NCBI GenBank assembly: GCA_963821525.1
Contig: CAWGED010000017.1
Coordinates: forward strand, 1 to 11,271
DNA from: an uncultured Gemmatimonadales bacterium
GTDB taxonomy: Bacteria > Gemmatimonadota > Gemmatimonadetes > Gemmatimonadales > GWC2-71-9
DNA length: 11,271 bases
Direction of reading: 5' to 3'
Position numbers and translations under genes: made by a program
Shown here: in pieces, positions 1 to 8,389 of the stretch
How the letters are laid out: each line of letters starts with the position of its first letter
Position numbering within the stretch: position 1 is the stretch's first letter
The notes under the pieces: model-generated
Told to the model about the DNA's origin: nothing
The model's input: only the letters and a program-made list of their open reading frames with translations
The model's database searches: none

Positions 1-41
1 GCTAGCTCCGTCGCGCCATGGAAACCTCCCGATGGATCTGG

Positions 42-415
42 CTACCGGGACTTCGGTGGTTCCTGGGAAAGGCCGATGATGTTCCCGCCCGGATCGCGGA
101 ACCGCGCCGTGATCTCCGGTGCATCGACGCCCAGTGGCTGCACGATCGTTCCCCCGGCCGCGACAAGGGACTTCACGGCAGCCTCGACACTATCCACCAT
201 GATGTAGAAGAGCAGGCCGGGTGCAGGCGACGCTGGACGACCGATAACCCAGGCTCCGCTTACTTCGCCCGTCGTATCGTCGAATGCGGTGGCTCCGTCA
301 CCCCGCTTGCGAATGTTCCAGCCGAACACATTCGAATAGAGCTCGGCGGACTTGGCAGCGTCGTCGCGGGCATTTCGAGGTAGCAGATCTTGCCGTTTCT
401 GTTGGTAGGGGGCAT
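42..415 (-). CDS. VOC family (glyoxalase/bleomycin resistance) protein, one frameshift near 362-366
   Basis: ATG at 415 reads MPPTNRNGKICYLEMPAT and joins, after one missing base, DAAKSAELYSNVFGW...YIMVDSVEAAVKSLVAAGGTIVQP...ARFRDPGGNIIGL. These are typical VOC motifs (ICYLE.P, Y..VFGW, F.DP.GN..GL). The span is 374 nt, one short of a multiple of 3. Confidence 0.9.
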
Positions 416-420
416 GAGGG

Positions 421-462
421 GATTGGTAATTGGAAATTGACAATTGGTAATTGAAAATAGAC
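421..462. repeat. Degenerate AT-rich heptamer tandem repeat (AATTGRN), 6 units
   Basis: gattggt-aattgga-aattgac-aattggt-aattgaa-aatagac, directly upstream of the VOC start codon. Confidence 0.75.
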
Positions 463-521
463 CCGACCTTGGCGATCACCCAGATCTCTGATGATGGAAG
501 GCGGTCCTTTCGCAGTTGTCT

Positions 522-1795
522 CTACGGCCGAAAGATATCGGCGAGCCGGGCGATGTAGATATCGCTATTCCCGTTCCTGTCGTCTTCCCACACCAGGTAG
601 TCCTGTGAAATCCAGGGGAGCCGCTGCGAGGAAGCGAGATTGGTGACACGTACCTGCCTCCCGGCGTCGAGATCGTAGGCGTAGATCTCGTCGTTTGCGC
701 TCATCCACGCGATACGGGCGCCCCACATCGTGAGCGCATTCTCGAAGGAATCGGCGTTCACCGGACGCTCGTGGTCCGACCGGTTGAAGTCGTACTCGTA
801 GAGGCTGAAGAGCCCTCCCCGACTGTCGCCCCAGACGATGCGATCGCCGAAGATGGCGCTGCCTCGCGCCAGGGTGGTACCCTCGGTGAGGCGGGTTTCG
901 ATTCCTGTCGAGAAGTCGTAGGTGTAGAGGTCCCACCAGGTCCCGTGGTTCCGCTTGTCCGACCAGGTCGCGCGGTCGCCGAAGATGGCCGGATCCGCTT
1001 GGTCGGTGGTGTCGGTGGTGAGCCGAGTCTCCTTCTTGGTATTGAAATCGTAGGTGTAGATGTCCCAGTTGTTGTTCCGGTTCATGTGCCAGGCCGCCCG
1101 ATGGCCGGACAGGGCCAACCGACCGAAGCCGTAATTGCGGTCGGCGGTTGCGAATTGTGTTTCCTGTCCGGTGTTCAGGTCGTAAGTCAGGAGTTGCCAG
1201 TCCCCGTGGGGGGGAGCCGGACATATATCACCCGATCGCCGTCGATGGTTGGGATGGTGTTGTCCGTATTTATCGGCGTGAGCGTTGTGGTGTCTCCAGT
1301 GACCAGGTCGAGGAGGACGACGGCCTTATTTCCAGGCGCTAACCAGTCCCCGAAGACCACCCGGTTTCCCGATACTGAAGGGAAATCCTGAGTATTAGGA
1401 GCATCGGTCAGCCGGCACCAGGAGTCGAGCTGGGTATCGGGTTTGCAAAAGGTGATGGCGGGGACGACGTGAAAGGAGGCAGTGCCGGTGACGCCTGCCG
1501 CGCTGGCCCTGACCGTCGCGGAGCCGCCGGCGAAGCCGGTCACAACACCGTTCTCATCAACCGAGGCGACGGCCAGGTCGTCGGTGGTCCAGGTTATCGT
1601 GGCACCACTGACGACCGCCCCGTTTTGGTCGGTGAGGTGCGCCGTGTACTGTGCCCGTCCTCCGACATCCAGGGTTGCAGGCCCGGTCACGGTCAGTTGA
1701 GCAGGCTGATCGCCGGTCGTACTCGTACTCTCCCCGCACCCAGCGAGAAGCACGATTCCAGCGACCAGCGTCAGGGCAACGGGTGCCCGGCTCAC
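522..1795 (-). CDS. Lipoprotein with bacterial Ig-like (Big_2) domain and 7-bladed beta-propeller; frameshift in G7 tract 1208-1214
   Basis: Lipobox LLAGC. Big_2-like segment TWTTDDLAVASVDENGVVTGFAGGSATVRA. Seven repeats of the form P.I.GDR.VW.D.R....DIY.YD..T..ETRLT. Adding one base to the homopolymer fuses ORFs 1187..1795 and 522..1118 via HGDWQLLTYDLNTGQETQFA. Confidence 0.88.
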
Positions 1796-2319
1796 CGCCT
1801 TAGCTGCCAGACGATTGTCTCCGTTCCGCTCACGCCGTTGGCTGGATCAGCGTCGGGATGCTCATGCGCATCCTTGCCTTCGAGCGTCGCATAGTCCGCC
1901 GCCTGCTGCTCGTAGGTATCGATCGAAGGGCTGTCGCCGCGGGTGGGGCGCTCCCCAGGGGATTCCGGGCACCAGACCTTGATGGTGTACTTGCCGCCGG
2001 CGGTGCCGGTGCTCGCGTGCTCGGCGACCAGCATGCCGGGTCCTTCGAAGGCTGGTCCATCGGGCGACTTCACCTTACAGGTGACTTTTCCGGAAGCGAC
2101 CGTGGCCGTGATCGATCGGCTCTCCGTACCGTCGGCGGTCTTAAGCTCGGAGGAGTAGCTCACGGTCCCGCTGTAGTAGTGCGCGCAGTTCCAGTTCGAG
2201 AGGCTGTCCGTTTTACACCCGGACCAGGGGCCGCTGGCCTGAGCTCGCAGGTGAGCCGGGCCTTGCGCCAGTATGAGTGGAAGCAGGAATAGAGCGGCAC
2301 GTCGGGGCAGCATCGCCAT
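1792..2319 (-). CDS. Secreted hypothetical protein, beta-rich, four Cys
   Basis: AGGAGG just upstream of ATG 2319. Signal peptide MAMLPRRAALFLLPLILAQGPAHLRA-Q. Its TGA stop overlaps the GTG start of the next gene (GTGA, 1792-1795). Confidence 0.8.
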   Translation of the reverse strand: MAMLPRRAALFLLPLILAQGPAHLRAQASGPWSGCKTDSLSNWNCAHYYSGTVSYSSELKTADGTESRSITATVASGKVTCKVKSPDGPAFEGPGMLVAEHASTGTAGGKYTIKVWCPESPGERPTRGDSPSIDTYEQQAADYATLEGKDAHEHPDADPANGVSGTETIVWQLRR

Positions 2320-2393
2320 GGGGCCTCCTGGCCTTGGGGGAACCCTACGGGCGATAAACTGCGGCGCGCGGCGCCGGGAGACAAGCCGTGCAC

Positions 2394-2844
2394 CTACCCG
2401 TCGAACAACGCCATCTCCTCGGGCGTCGGCGCCTGAAAGATCGCGAACCACTTCGCGACGTCTTCCTGGGTTATTGGAGGGTTTTCCCGGTCACGCTCTC
2501 TGATTCGCTGGTAGAGAGTATCGGCAGGTGCCGACACGTAGCGCAGTTCAACCGCCGCTCCCAGCTCGCGGGCTCGGAGACGTAACGCATCACGCTCGGC
2601 TCGTGCCCAGGTGCCCCATTCGATAATGACGACCATGCCGAGCGCGAGGAGGCGCTGTGCGAGGGTCCACTGCAATGTCTCGATGCGCTGCCGGCTCTCC
2701 TCATCGTAGAGATTGATACTCAACGCGTCCATCCAGTCGTCGGGCGACAGGCGAACGGCGCTCAAAGTCATGTTCCAGTGCCTGAGCGACCGTGGTCTTC
2801 CCGGAGCCAGGAAGGCCACATACGATGATCAGCCGAGCCTTCAC
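2394..2844 (-). CDS. AAA_33-type P-loop ATP-binding protein / predicted kinase; frameshift at AAA 2764-2766
   Basis: GTG 2844 reads MKARLIIVCGLPGSGKTTVAQALEHD (Walker A at 2794-2817). Removing one T joins it to LSAVRLSPDDWM...VIIEWGTWARAERDALR...FQAPTPEE. Confidence 0.9.
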
Positions 2845-2851
2845 GGTGCCA

Positions 2852-3886
2852 TCAGGGCTTTACCATGACCTTGATCGCTGCCCGCTCGTTCATCGCCCGG
2901 TAGCCGTCGGGAACCTCGTCGAGGCCGATGACCCGGTCGAAGACCCGCCCGGGCGCGATTCTGCCCTCGAGGATGTCGGGGAGAAGTTCGTCGATATACG
3001 CGCGGACCGGGGCAGGGCCGCCACTGATGGTGACGTTACTGAAGAATGCCGTCTCCCAGGCCGCGGTCGTCTCGTAGTGGGGAACGCCGACCCGGCCGAC
3101 GGCACCACCCGGGCGGACGATGCCGATCGCAGTGCCCAGGGCCTGGTCGGTGCCGACGCATTCGAGGACGGAGTGGGCGCCGAGGTCGCCCGTCAGATCC
3201 TGCACGAGCTCCACCGCCTCGTCGCCCCGCTCGCTCACCACGTCGGTCGCGCCGAACTCTTTCGCCAGCGCGATGCGGTCAGGACGGCGGCCCAGGATGA
3301 TGATTCTCTCGGCGCCGAGGCGCCGGGCGGCGATGACAGCGCACAAGCCGACGGCCCCGTCGCCGATGATGGCCACCGTCGAGCCGCGGGTAACCTTGGC
3401 GGAAACGGCAGCATGATGGCCGGTCCCCATCACATCCGACAGCGTAAGCAGGGAAGGTATCAACGCATTATCCGCGGCGACCGGCAGAACGACAAGCGTT
3501 CCGTCCGCCTGGGGAACCCGCAGCGCTTCGGCCTGGGCTCCCCCGACCTCGGGGCTGCCAAAAAACCCTCCGTGGACGCACGAGGTGTTCAGTCCCTCGT
3601 GGCAGAAGACGCAGGTTCCGTCCGAGTAGGCGAATGGCATCACCACCAGGTCGCCCTTCTTCAGCGTGCGTACGTCGGCTCCGATGGCTTGCACGATGCC
3701 GATCGCCTCGTGACCCATGGGCCTCGCACCTTCGCCCGGCTCCATCAGGTTATAGGGCCACAGATCGCTGCCGCAGATGCAGCCGCTGCTGATGGTGATG
3801 AGGGCATCGGTGGGTTCGACGATGCGGGGATCGGGGACGGTCTCGATCCGTACATCCCCTGCGCGGTACATGATGGTTGCTCGCAT
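2852..3886 (-). CDS. Zinc-dependent alcohol dehydrogenase family protein (MDR, FDH-like)
   Basis: Intact 344 aa ORF. CICGSD and GHE catalytic Zn motifs, D-x2-C-x2-C-x7-C structural Zn site, TLSDVMGTG, Rossmann GDGAVG, C-terminal AIKVMVKP. Confidence 0.96.
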   Translation of the reverse strand: MRATIMYRAGDVRIETVPDPRIVEPTDALITISSGCICGSDLWPYNLMEPGEGARPMGHEAIGIVQAIGADVRTLKKGDLVVMPFAYSDGTCVFCHEGLNTSCVHGGFFGSPEVGGAQAEALRVPQADGTLVVLPVAADNALIPSLLTLSDVMGTGHHAAVSAKVTRGSTVAIIGDGAVGLCAVIAARRLGAERIIILGRRPDRIALAKEFGATDVVSERGDEAVELVQDLTGDLGAHSVLECVGTDQALGTAIGIVRPGGAVGRVGVPHYETTAAWETAFFSNVTISGGPAPVRAYIDELLPDILEGRIAPGRVFDRVIGLDEVPDGYRAMNERAAIKVMVKP

Positions 3887-3892
3887 CGCGAT

Positions 3893-4174
3893 CTAGCTCT
3901 CCAACTCCTCGGCGCGCATCGTGAATCCCTCGCGGAGCTTGATATAGTCCATCAATCGCCGCAACACTTCGGTCCGCTCCACAGTCGTTAGCGGTTCCCG
4001 CCGACCATCGCTGTATTCCCAGGTGGCGTGGATGTGTGACAGGTGGCCGTTGGGGCCACCCCAGTAGGAGGCGAATACCCAAACCCGGCGATCGCCCTCG
4101 ATGTAATAGGCCGATTCACCGCGCCAGTCGAGCTCCACTGTGAAATCGCGCTGGGTTTCGGGCCTCCGGCTCAT
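3893..4174 (-). CDS. Small hypothetical protein, possibly Imm74-like immunity protein
   Basis: ATG 4174 overlaps the upstream TGA (ATGA); 93 aa. Predicted beta-strands followed by W...DG..EPL...ER..VL..L.DY...G, resembling the Imm74 family from memory only. Confidence 0.65.
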   Translation of the reverse strand: MSRRPETQRDFTVELDWRGESAYYIEGDRRVWVFASYWGGPNGHLSHIHATWEYSDGRREPLTTVERTEVLRRLMDYIKLREGFTMRAEELES

Positions 4175-4779
4175 TTCCACCCGCCCTTCCGACCGCCCAG
4201 CAGCATTGCCGCCATCATGAGCCCATAACCCGCCGCCAGAATCGGAATCGGCGCGCCGCCGATCAGCAGGGCGTTCTCCCGGGCCGACTCAGTTCCCCTC
4301 TGCCACAGCGCACAGCTCACACCGATCATTCCCAACACCGCCAGGAGCGGCATCAGCAATGCACCCCGGGTCCTTCCAGTCCGAGTGGCCATCAGGCCGA
4401 TCAGATACATCAGCGCCGCGCCATCGATGGTCCACGCCACAATCATCCAGCGGGTCAGGGGCGCGCTGCGAAAGGTCGTGAGCGCCATGACTGCGGCGCC
4501 CAGGATCACCCATATCAGCCAGGAGACCACGATGATCCCCGGCAGCTGACCTCGACCTACCTTATAACCCCAGCGCAACACCGCAGCCCCCAGCTGGCCG
4601 CTGGCGGTGGCGACGCCGACCGGCTGGCGAGCGAGCAGTAGCGCCGCAAGACCACATAATACCGCGACCACTCCGCTCCACACCGCCAGCCCCAGCGGCA
4701 GGCCCCAGCGCTGTGCGCACCAGACCGCGAATGCGGCCATCAGGGCCGTTACCGCGAAGCGACGAATCGTCGCGAACAT
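4171..4779 (-). CDS. Multi-pass membrane protein of unknown function
   Basis: About 202 aa with six or so long hydrophobic segments and a basic C-terminus (GGRKGGWK). Tightly packed between neighbouring minus-strand genes. Confidence 0.8.
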   Translation of the reverse strand: MFATIRRFAVTALMAAFAVWCAQRWGLPLGLAVWSGVVAVLCGLAALLLARQPVGVATASGQLGAAVLRWGYKVGRGQLPGIIVVSWLIWVILGAAVMALTTFRSAPLTRWMIVAWTIDGAALMYLIGLMATRTGRTRGALLMPLLAVLGMIGVSCALWQRGTESARENALLIGGAPIPILAAGYGLMMAAMLLGGRKGGWK

Positions 4780-4798
4780 CACGGGTGGGGATGACTAA

Positions 4799-6642
4799 TC
4801 ATTGGGTGAACAGGCTGTCATACCGTCCAGTGGCGAGCACCGCGTCAACCCGATGTCCGAGCGTGGCCACCAGTGTCGTGTCCGCGGGACTGCCCCGTTC
4901 GGTATCGATCAGGACATACCCGAAGTCGGAGCTGAAGTCCACGTTGACCTTGTTGCCTTCGATGATCATCGGGACCTGGTAGGCTCCGGACTCGGCTGGC
5001 TGCCGTTCGGCCTTGAATTCCTCGACCAGGAGGTCCACCAGGGCATTGCGTAGTGCTTCGGAACCTTTTTCCAGCCGGTAAGTCCGGTAGCCGTCGCTCT
5101 CGACCGACAGCTCGCCCTTATAGGGTAGCGGCGCGAAATGCCTGCGTTCGGCCAGGTGGTCTACTCCGTCAGCTCCGCGCGTCCACTCGAAATGGTGATC
5201 CAGCCAGGCCGGGTCGAGCGACTCGAACTTGGCATAGCGCATTCGGGCCGGATCGATCGGCAGGGTGTAAGACCGATTCGCTACCGCATCGGTGACCAGC
5301 AGCATCGGCCTCGGCGGCTGCGTATCGCTCAACTGAACGTAGGTCACAAAGCTTCGGCCGTCGGGCGAGAGGCCCAGCGGCGGCACAGCGGGAATGTCAT
5401 AGACGGTGCTGTCCGCGGTGACGTGTCGTACCGTCAGCTGACGCGTGTCGACTACTCCGGAACCGATCCGGTAGAGTCCGGGGTTGGCGTAGCTGATCCG
5501 ATCGATCCGGCCGTCCACCGGCTTCCATGTGGCGGCGGCGCGAAACAGCGCGGTATCGGACGTCAGGACCTGGCCTTTCATCCTGCTGGTGGCCGACGAC
5601 ACGAAGTCGATGCGGGCCTTGTCTCCCTCCTCGGCGACCAGGTAGCAGTAGCCCGCGCCATCAGGCGGATCCACATGGATGAGGAAGGCCGGCCGAGGAC
5701 CGGTCAGCAAGGCAACGTCGTCGATCCGCTCGAAGCGTTCGGTCGCGTCGGTCGTTGCGCTGGTCTTTCCCTCGATGACCAGCGGCTGCCCCCGATAGCG
5801 GAGGGCGAAGCTGGCGCCGGCCGCGTTGACCGTCCGCCCCTCTTGCTGTTCCTGGTGGAACCAACTCGCGGTCGTGACGACCTCGAATGGCCCCAGGTTC
5901 TCGGTGCGGGTCGGACTGCTCACCCTCTGCACCCGGTATCGAAAACTCACCAGGTCGGGCGGAACCTTGACCCCGGGACGGAAGTTGGGCTCCCAGCCGC
6001 TCCACTCCAGATTCTTCTTGCGCGGAAAGGCGGGGAGCCGCACCTGGAACCCCGGAGTGTCCTTCCCGCCGGTGTTGACCGTCAGCATGCGAGTGCCGCG
6101 GCTGGTGAAGACGCTGACGGCGCCGGGCACCACCCAGCGGCCCTCCACCTGGTGAGCATCCTCCATCCAGAGCGGTCCGTACTCCGAGGCTCTCACGGTG
6201 TGGGAGAAGTAGGGAATCGAGGGGAGGCCAATGGAGGCCTCGTCCGTTCCCTCGGCCCTGGGCGCCTCCTTCTGTCCTCCGGCGAGCGAACCTCGACCGC
6301 GAGGAGCAAGGGCTCGCCATCGATTTCCGGTGGCACATCCGCGAGCGCCCTGGTTAGGCCCAAACTCAACGCGCCAATCCCGATCACCAGGCCCAGGGAG
6401 ATGCCGAGCGCCCTGAGGAATCCGGGGTGCGCCCCGCCGGCTAGCATGCGTGCGGTGATGAGACCAATGAGCACCCCAGCTCCGAAGCTGAGGATGGCGA
6501 TTGCCGCGACGAAATATCCCGACTCCCCCTCTCGGCCGGAGATGTGGTACCAGTCCACCGCCATCGCCGCGATGACGCCGCCGACGAAGAGGGCGAGCAG
6601 ACCAGTCAGCAGCGCGCTGAAAATGGAGGCGGGCCAGGACAT
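4799..6642 (-). CDS. Large membrane-anchored hypothetical protein (~614 aa; 3 N-terminal TM helices plus large extracytoplasmic region); frameshift near 6276
   Basis: ORF 6193..6642 (TM segments, ISGREGESGYF loop, DVPPEIDG) joins ORF 4799..6196 if one G is added at SPE-GQKEAPRAEGTDEASIGL. The span is 1844 nt, one short of a multiple of 3. Confidence 0.82.
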
Positions 6643-6794
6643 AGGAGACCGGGGCGGAGGAAGGGGAAATGCCGCCCTATTTTACCTCGACGGCATAATC
6701 TCAGCGAGGGCGAAGACTACAACCTGGATCCGCACCCAGAAGGGTTAAGATTGAGTGACGCAAGTGCGTCCCACTTAGATCCGTGGAGGAACCA

Positions 6795-7105
6795 ATGTAT
6801 CTCGTTCGCGAAATCTTCAATTGCAAGCCGGGCAAGGTGCGCCCGAGGTGGATAAGTTCACCGCGATGGGAAAGCTCGGCGAAAAGGTTGGCATGCCGCG
6901 CATGCGGGTCATGACCGATCTCTGTGCTGAGCACTACTGGACGGTCGTTGCGGAGATGGAGGTGCCGAGTCTCCAGGCCTTCGAGGACATGATGAAAAAT
7001 GCTCCGGGTTCCCCGGAGGTCATGAAGGAGATCGAGGAGCTCATGAAGGGCTATCACGATCTTGTTGATCACGGGAGGCGAGAGATCTACAAGATCGAGG
7101 GCTGA
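6795..7105 (+). CDS. Small NIPSNAP-like / dimeric alpha-beta barrel protein; frameshift near 6846
   Basis: GGAGGA RBS at 6785-6790. ATG 6795 reads MYLVREIFNCKPGKVRP and joins VDKFTAM...RVMTDLCAEHYWTVVAEMEVPSL...YHDLVDHGRREIYKIEG after one missing base. Confidence 0.85.
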
Positions 7106-7125
7106 AACGAGCCATCATTCTCCGA

Positions 7126-7173
7126 TAGAAAGGAAAGAAGAAACCGCCTGTCCGGTTGTCTGGACAGGCGGTT
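7126..7173 (-). terminator. Rho-independent terminator between convergent genes
   Basis: Perfect 12 bp stem AACCGCCTGTCC (7142-7153) / GGACAGGCGGTT (7162-7173), followed on the minus strand by TCTTCTTTCCTTTCT. Confidence 0.8.
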
Positions 7174-7224
7174 CAGGAGAGGGGAACAGAGCGGGGTCTG
7201 CCAAGGTTCTCGGCGCGCCCCGCT

Positions 7225-7983
7225 TCAGCAGAGGCTCGTCTGCTGGCAGTCCACCGTCACCACGGCGCCGCGAAGCCGAGGCGGACCGAACGTCATCGTG
7301 TTCGAGCCTGTCGCCGTGTTGCCGGGGAAGGATATCGGGGCGGACGCAGTGATGTTGAAGCCCGGCCCATGCAGCGACGCCGGGGTGCACTCGATGATGC
7401 CGAGGCCGGCCGGCACGCTGTTCAGGCAACTGCCCCCGATGATGGTGTCAGCCTGGCCGATGCCGGCGAGCGTCGTCGCAACCCAGCCGGCGTTGGAGCC
7501 ACTCCAAATCGCGCCGAAGGAAGACCCGACGAATCCGGGTGTCCCCGCGACCAAGCCGAGGCCGTAGGCGATATCGCTCCCGGAGATGACCACGGCCCCC
7601 TCGAACGCCCCCTCGTTCGGGAAGACCTGCACCATTCCCAGCTCGACCCCGAAGGCCCAGCCGCTGCCCGCCAGGTTTGCTCCCGGCATCCGCGCCACGG
7701 CAGACTGGCCCCGGATGAAGTTGACCCCACTCACCTCGGTGACCGTCAAACCTCCCTCGATCATCCCGGCTGCGCTCTTGAGGATGAGGGTGCCCAATCC
7801 GTCTCCGGCGGCCTCCGCGTTCACCGCCGCGGCGTTGAGCGCTGTGGTCATCGCATCTCGCTCCGCCTGAGTCGGCTGACCGCCAGCGCCAGGGCCATTG
7901 CCGCCGTCCCCGTCACTGCCACAGGCGGGGAGCAGGAGGCCACCCACCACCATGGTGAAGAAGCTGCTGCAGAACCTGGACAT
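7225..7983 (-). CDS. Lipoprotein of unknown function
   Basis: GGAGG 6 nt before ATG 7983. Hydrophobic leader with lipobox LLLPAC, Gly-rich linker, and four further Cys in the C-terminal third. 252 aa, intact. Confidence 0.82.
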   Translation of the reverse strand: MSRFCSSFFTMVVGGLLLPACGSDGDGGNGPGAGGQPTQAERDAMTTALNAAAVNAEAAGDGLGTLILKSAAGMIEGGLTVTEVSGVNFIRGQSAVARMPGANLAGSGWAFGVELGMVQVFPNEGAFEGAVVISGSDIAYGLGLVAGTPGFVGSSFGAIWSGSNAGWVATTLAGIGQADTIIGGSCLNSVPAGLGIIECTPASLHGPGFNITASAPISFPGNTATGSNTMTFGPPRLRGAVVTVDCQQTSLC

Positions 7984-8014
7984 GAATTGCCTCCGGGATG
8001 AGGTGACGTGTGAG

Positions 8015-8288
8015 CCTAGAGCATCCTTCCCTGGGACACTGCCCCCCCTCGCCGGTGACGGTCCAGTCGATGGTCTGATTCTGGATGTCAATCGCTCCGG
8101 TGAGTTCAACCTGGACCTGCACCATGCCGCCAGTGAGGCCCGCCTGCCTGTCCTTGCTTTGCACCACCGCAAAGGCCGCTCCTCCGACCCCAGTCCCACC
8201 GCCATCCCTCGCTGTTGGTGCAGTCCACCACGCCACTGATGACGACGAGGGTCGTGATCGCTCGGGCGAGAATTGCCCGGAGGTGCAC
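8015..8288 (-). pseudogene. Truncated/frameshifted secreted or lipoprotein gene with a partial Ig-like domain
   Basis: MHLRAILARAITTLVVISGVVDCTNSE (signal-like with Cys) shifts frame into DGGGTGVGGAAFAVVQSKDRQAGLTGG..VQVELTGA..IQNQTIDWTVTGEGG(SV), which resembles the start of an Ig-like domain. The similarity stops abruptly and the left boundary is approximate. Confidence 0.5.
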
Positions 8289-8389
8289 AGCCGGCCTGAG
8301 GGTTTGGGTGTACTAGAGACGAGCGGAGTGCCCAAACATTCTCACCCGGCCGGTCTCCCACTGCTTCCCCCCCCCGGCAGAAGTGACGG

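Noticed and set aside
1..30. Minus-strand GGAGG plus ATG at 19, a possible next gene start
   Set aside because: It reads MARRS then TAG. It may be a frameshifted gene leaving the window, but there is too little sequence to call.
460..521. Imperfect hairpin after the propeller gene as an attC site
   Set aside because: No RYYYAAC/GTTRRRY pair on either strand and pairing is weak.
2792..3991. 399 aa plus-strand ORF
   Set aside because: Antisense shadow of the well-supported Zn dehydrogenase; common in high-GC DNA.
5138..6748. 536 aa plus-strand ORF
   Set aside because: Antisense to the large membrane-anchored gene, Arg/Gly/Pro-rich, with no recognisable motif.
6717..6750. CTACAAC...GTTAAGA as attC R boxes
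   Set aside because: Too short (34 nt), does not fit RYYYAAC, and lies between divergent gene starts rather than after a stop.
7141..7177. AAC...GTT hairpin as an attC site
   Set aside because: Only about 32 nt, a perfect stem without extrahelical bases or L boxes, and followed by a T-rich tract. It fits a terminator.
7706..7714. 9 nt match (TGGCCCCGG) to the tRNA-Gln 3' end as an att duplicate
   Set aside because: Too short for GC-rich DNA and located inside an intact CDS.
7981..7998. SRRQFM twin-arginine motif upstream of the lipoprotein
   Set aside because: The RR codons coincide with the GGAGG ribosome-binding site 6 nt before ATG 7983, and there is no good upstream start.
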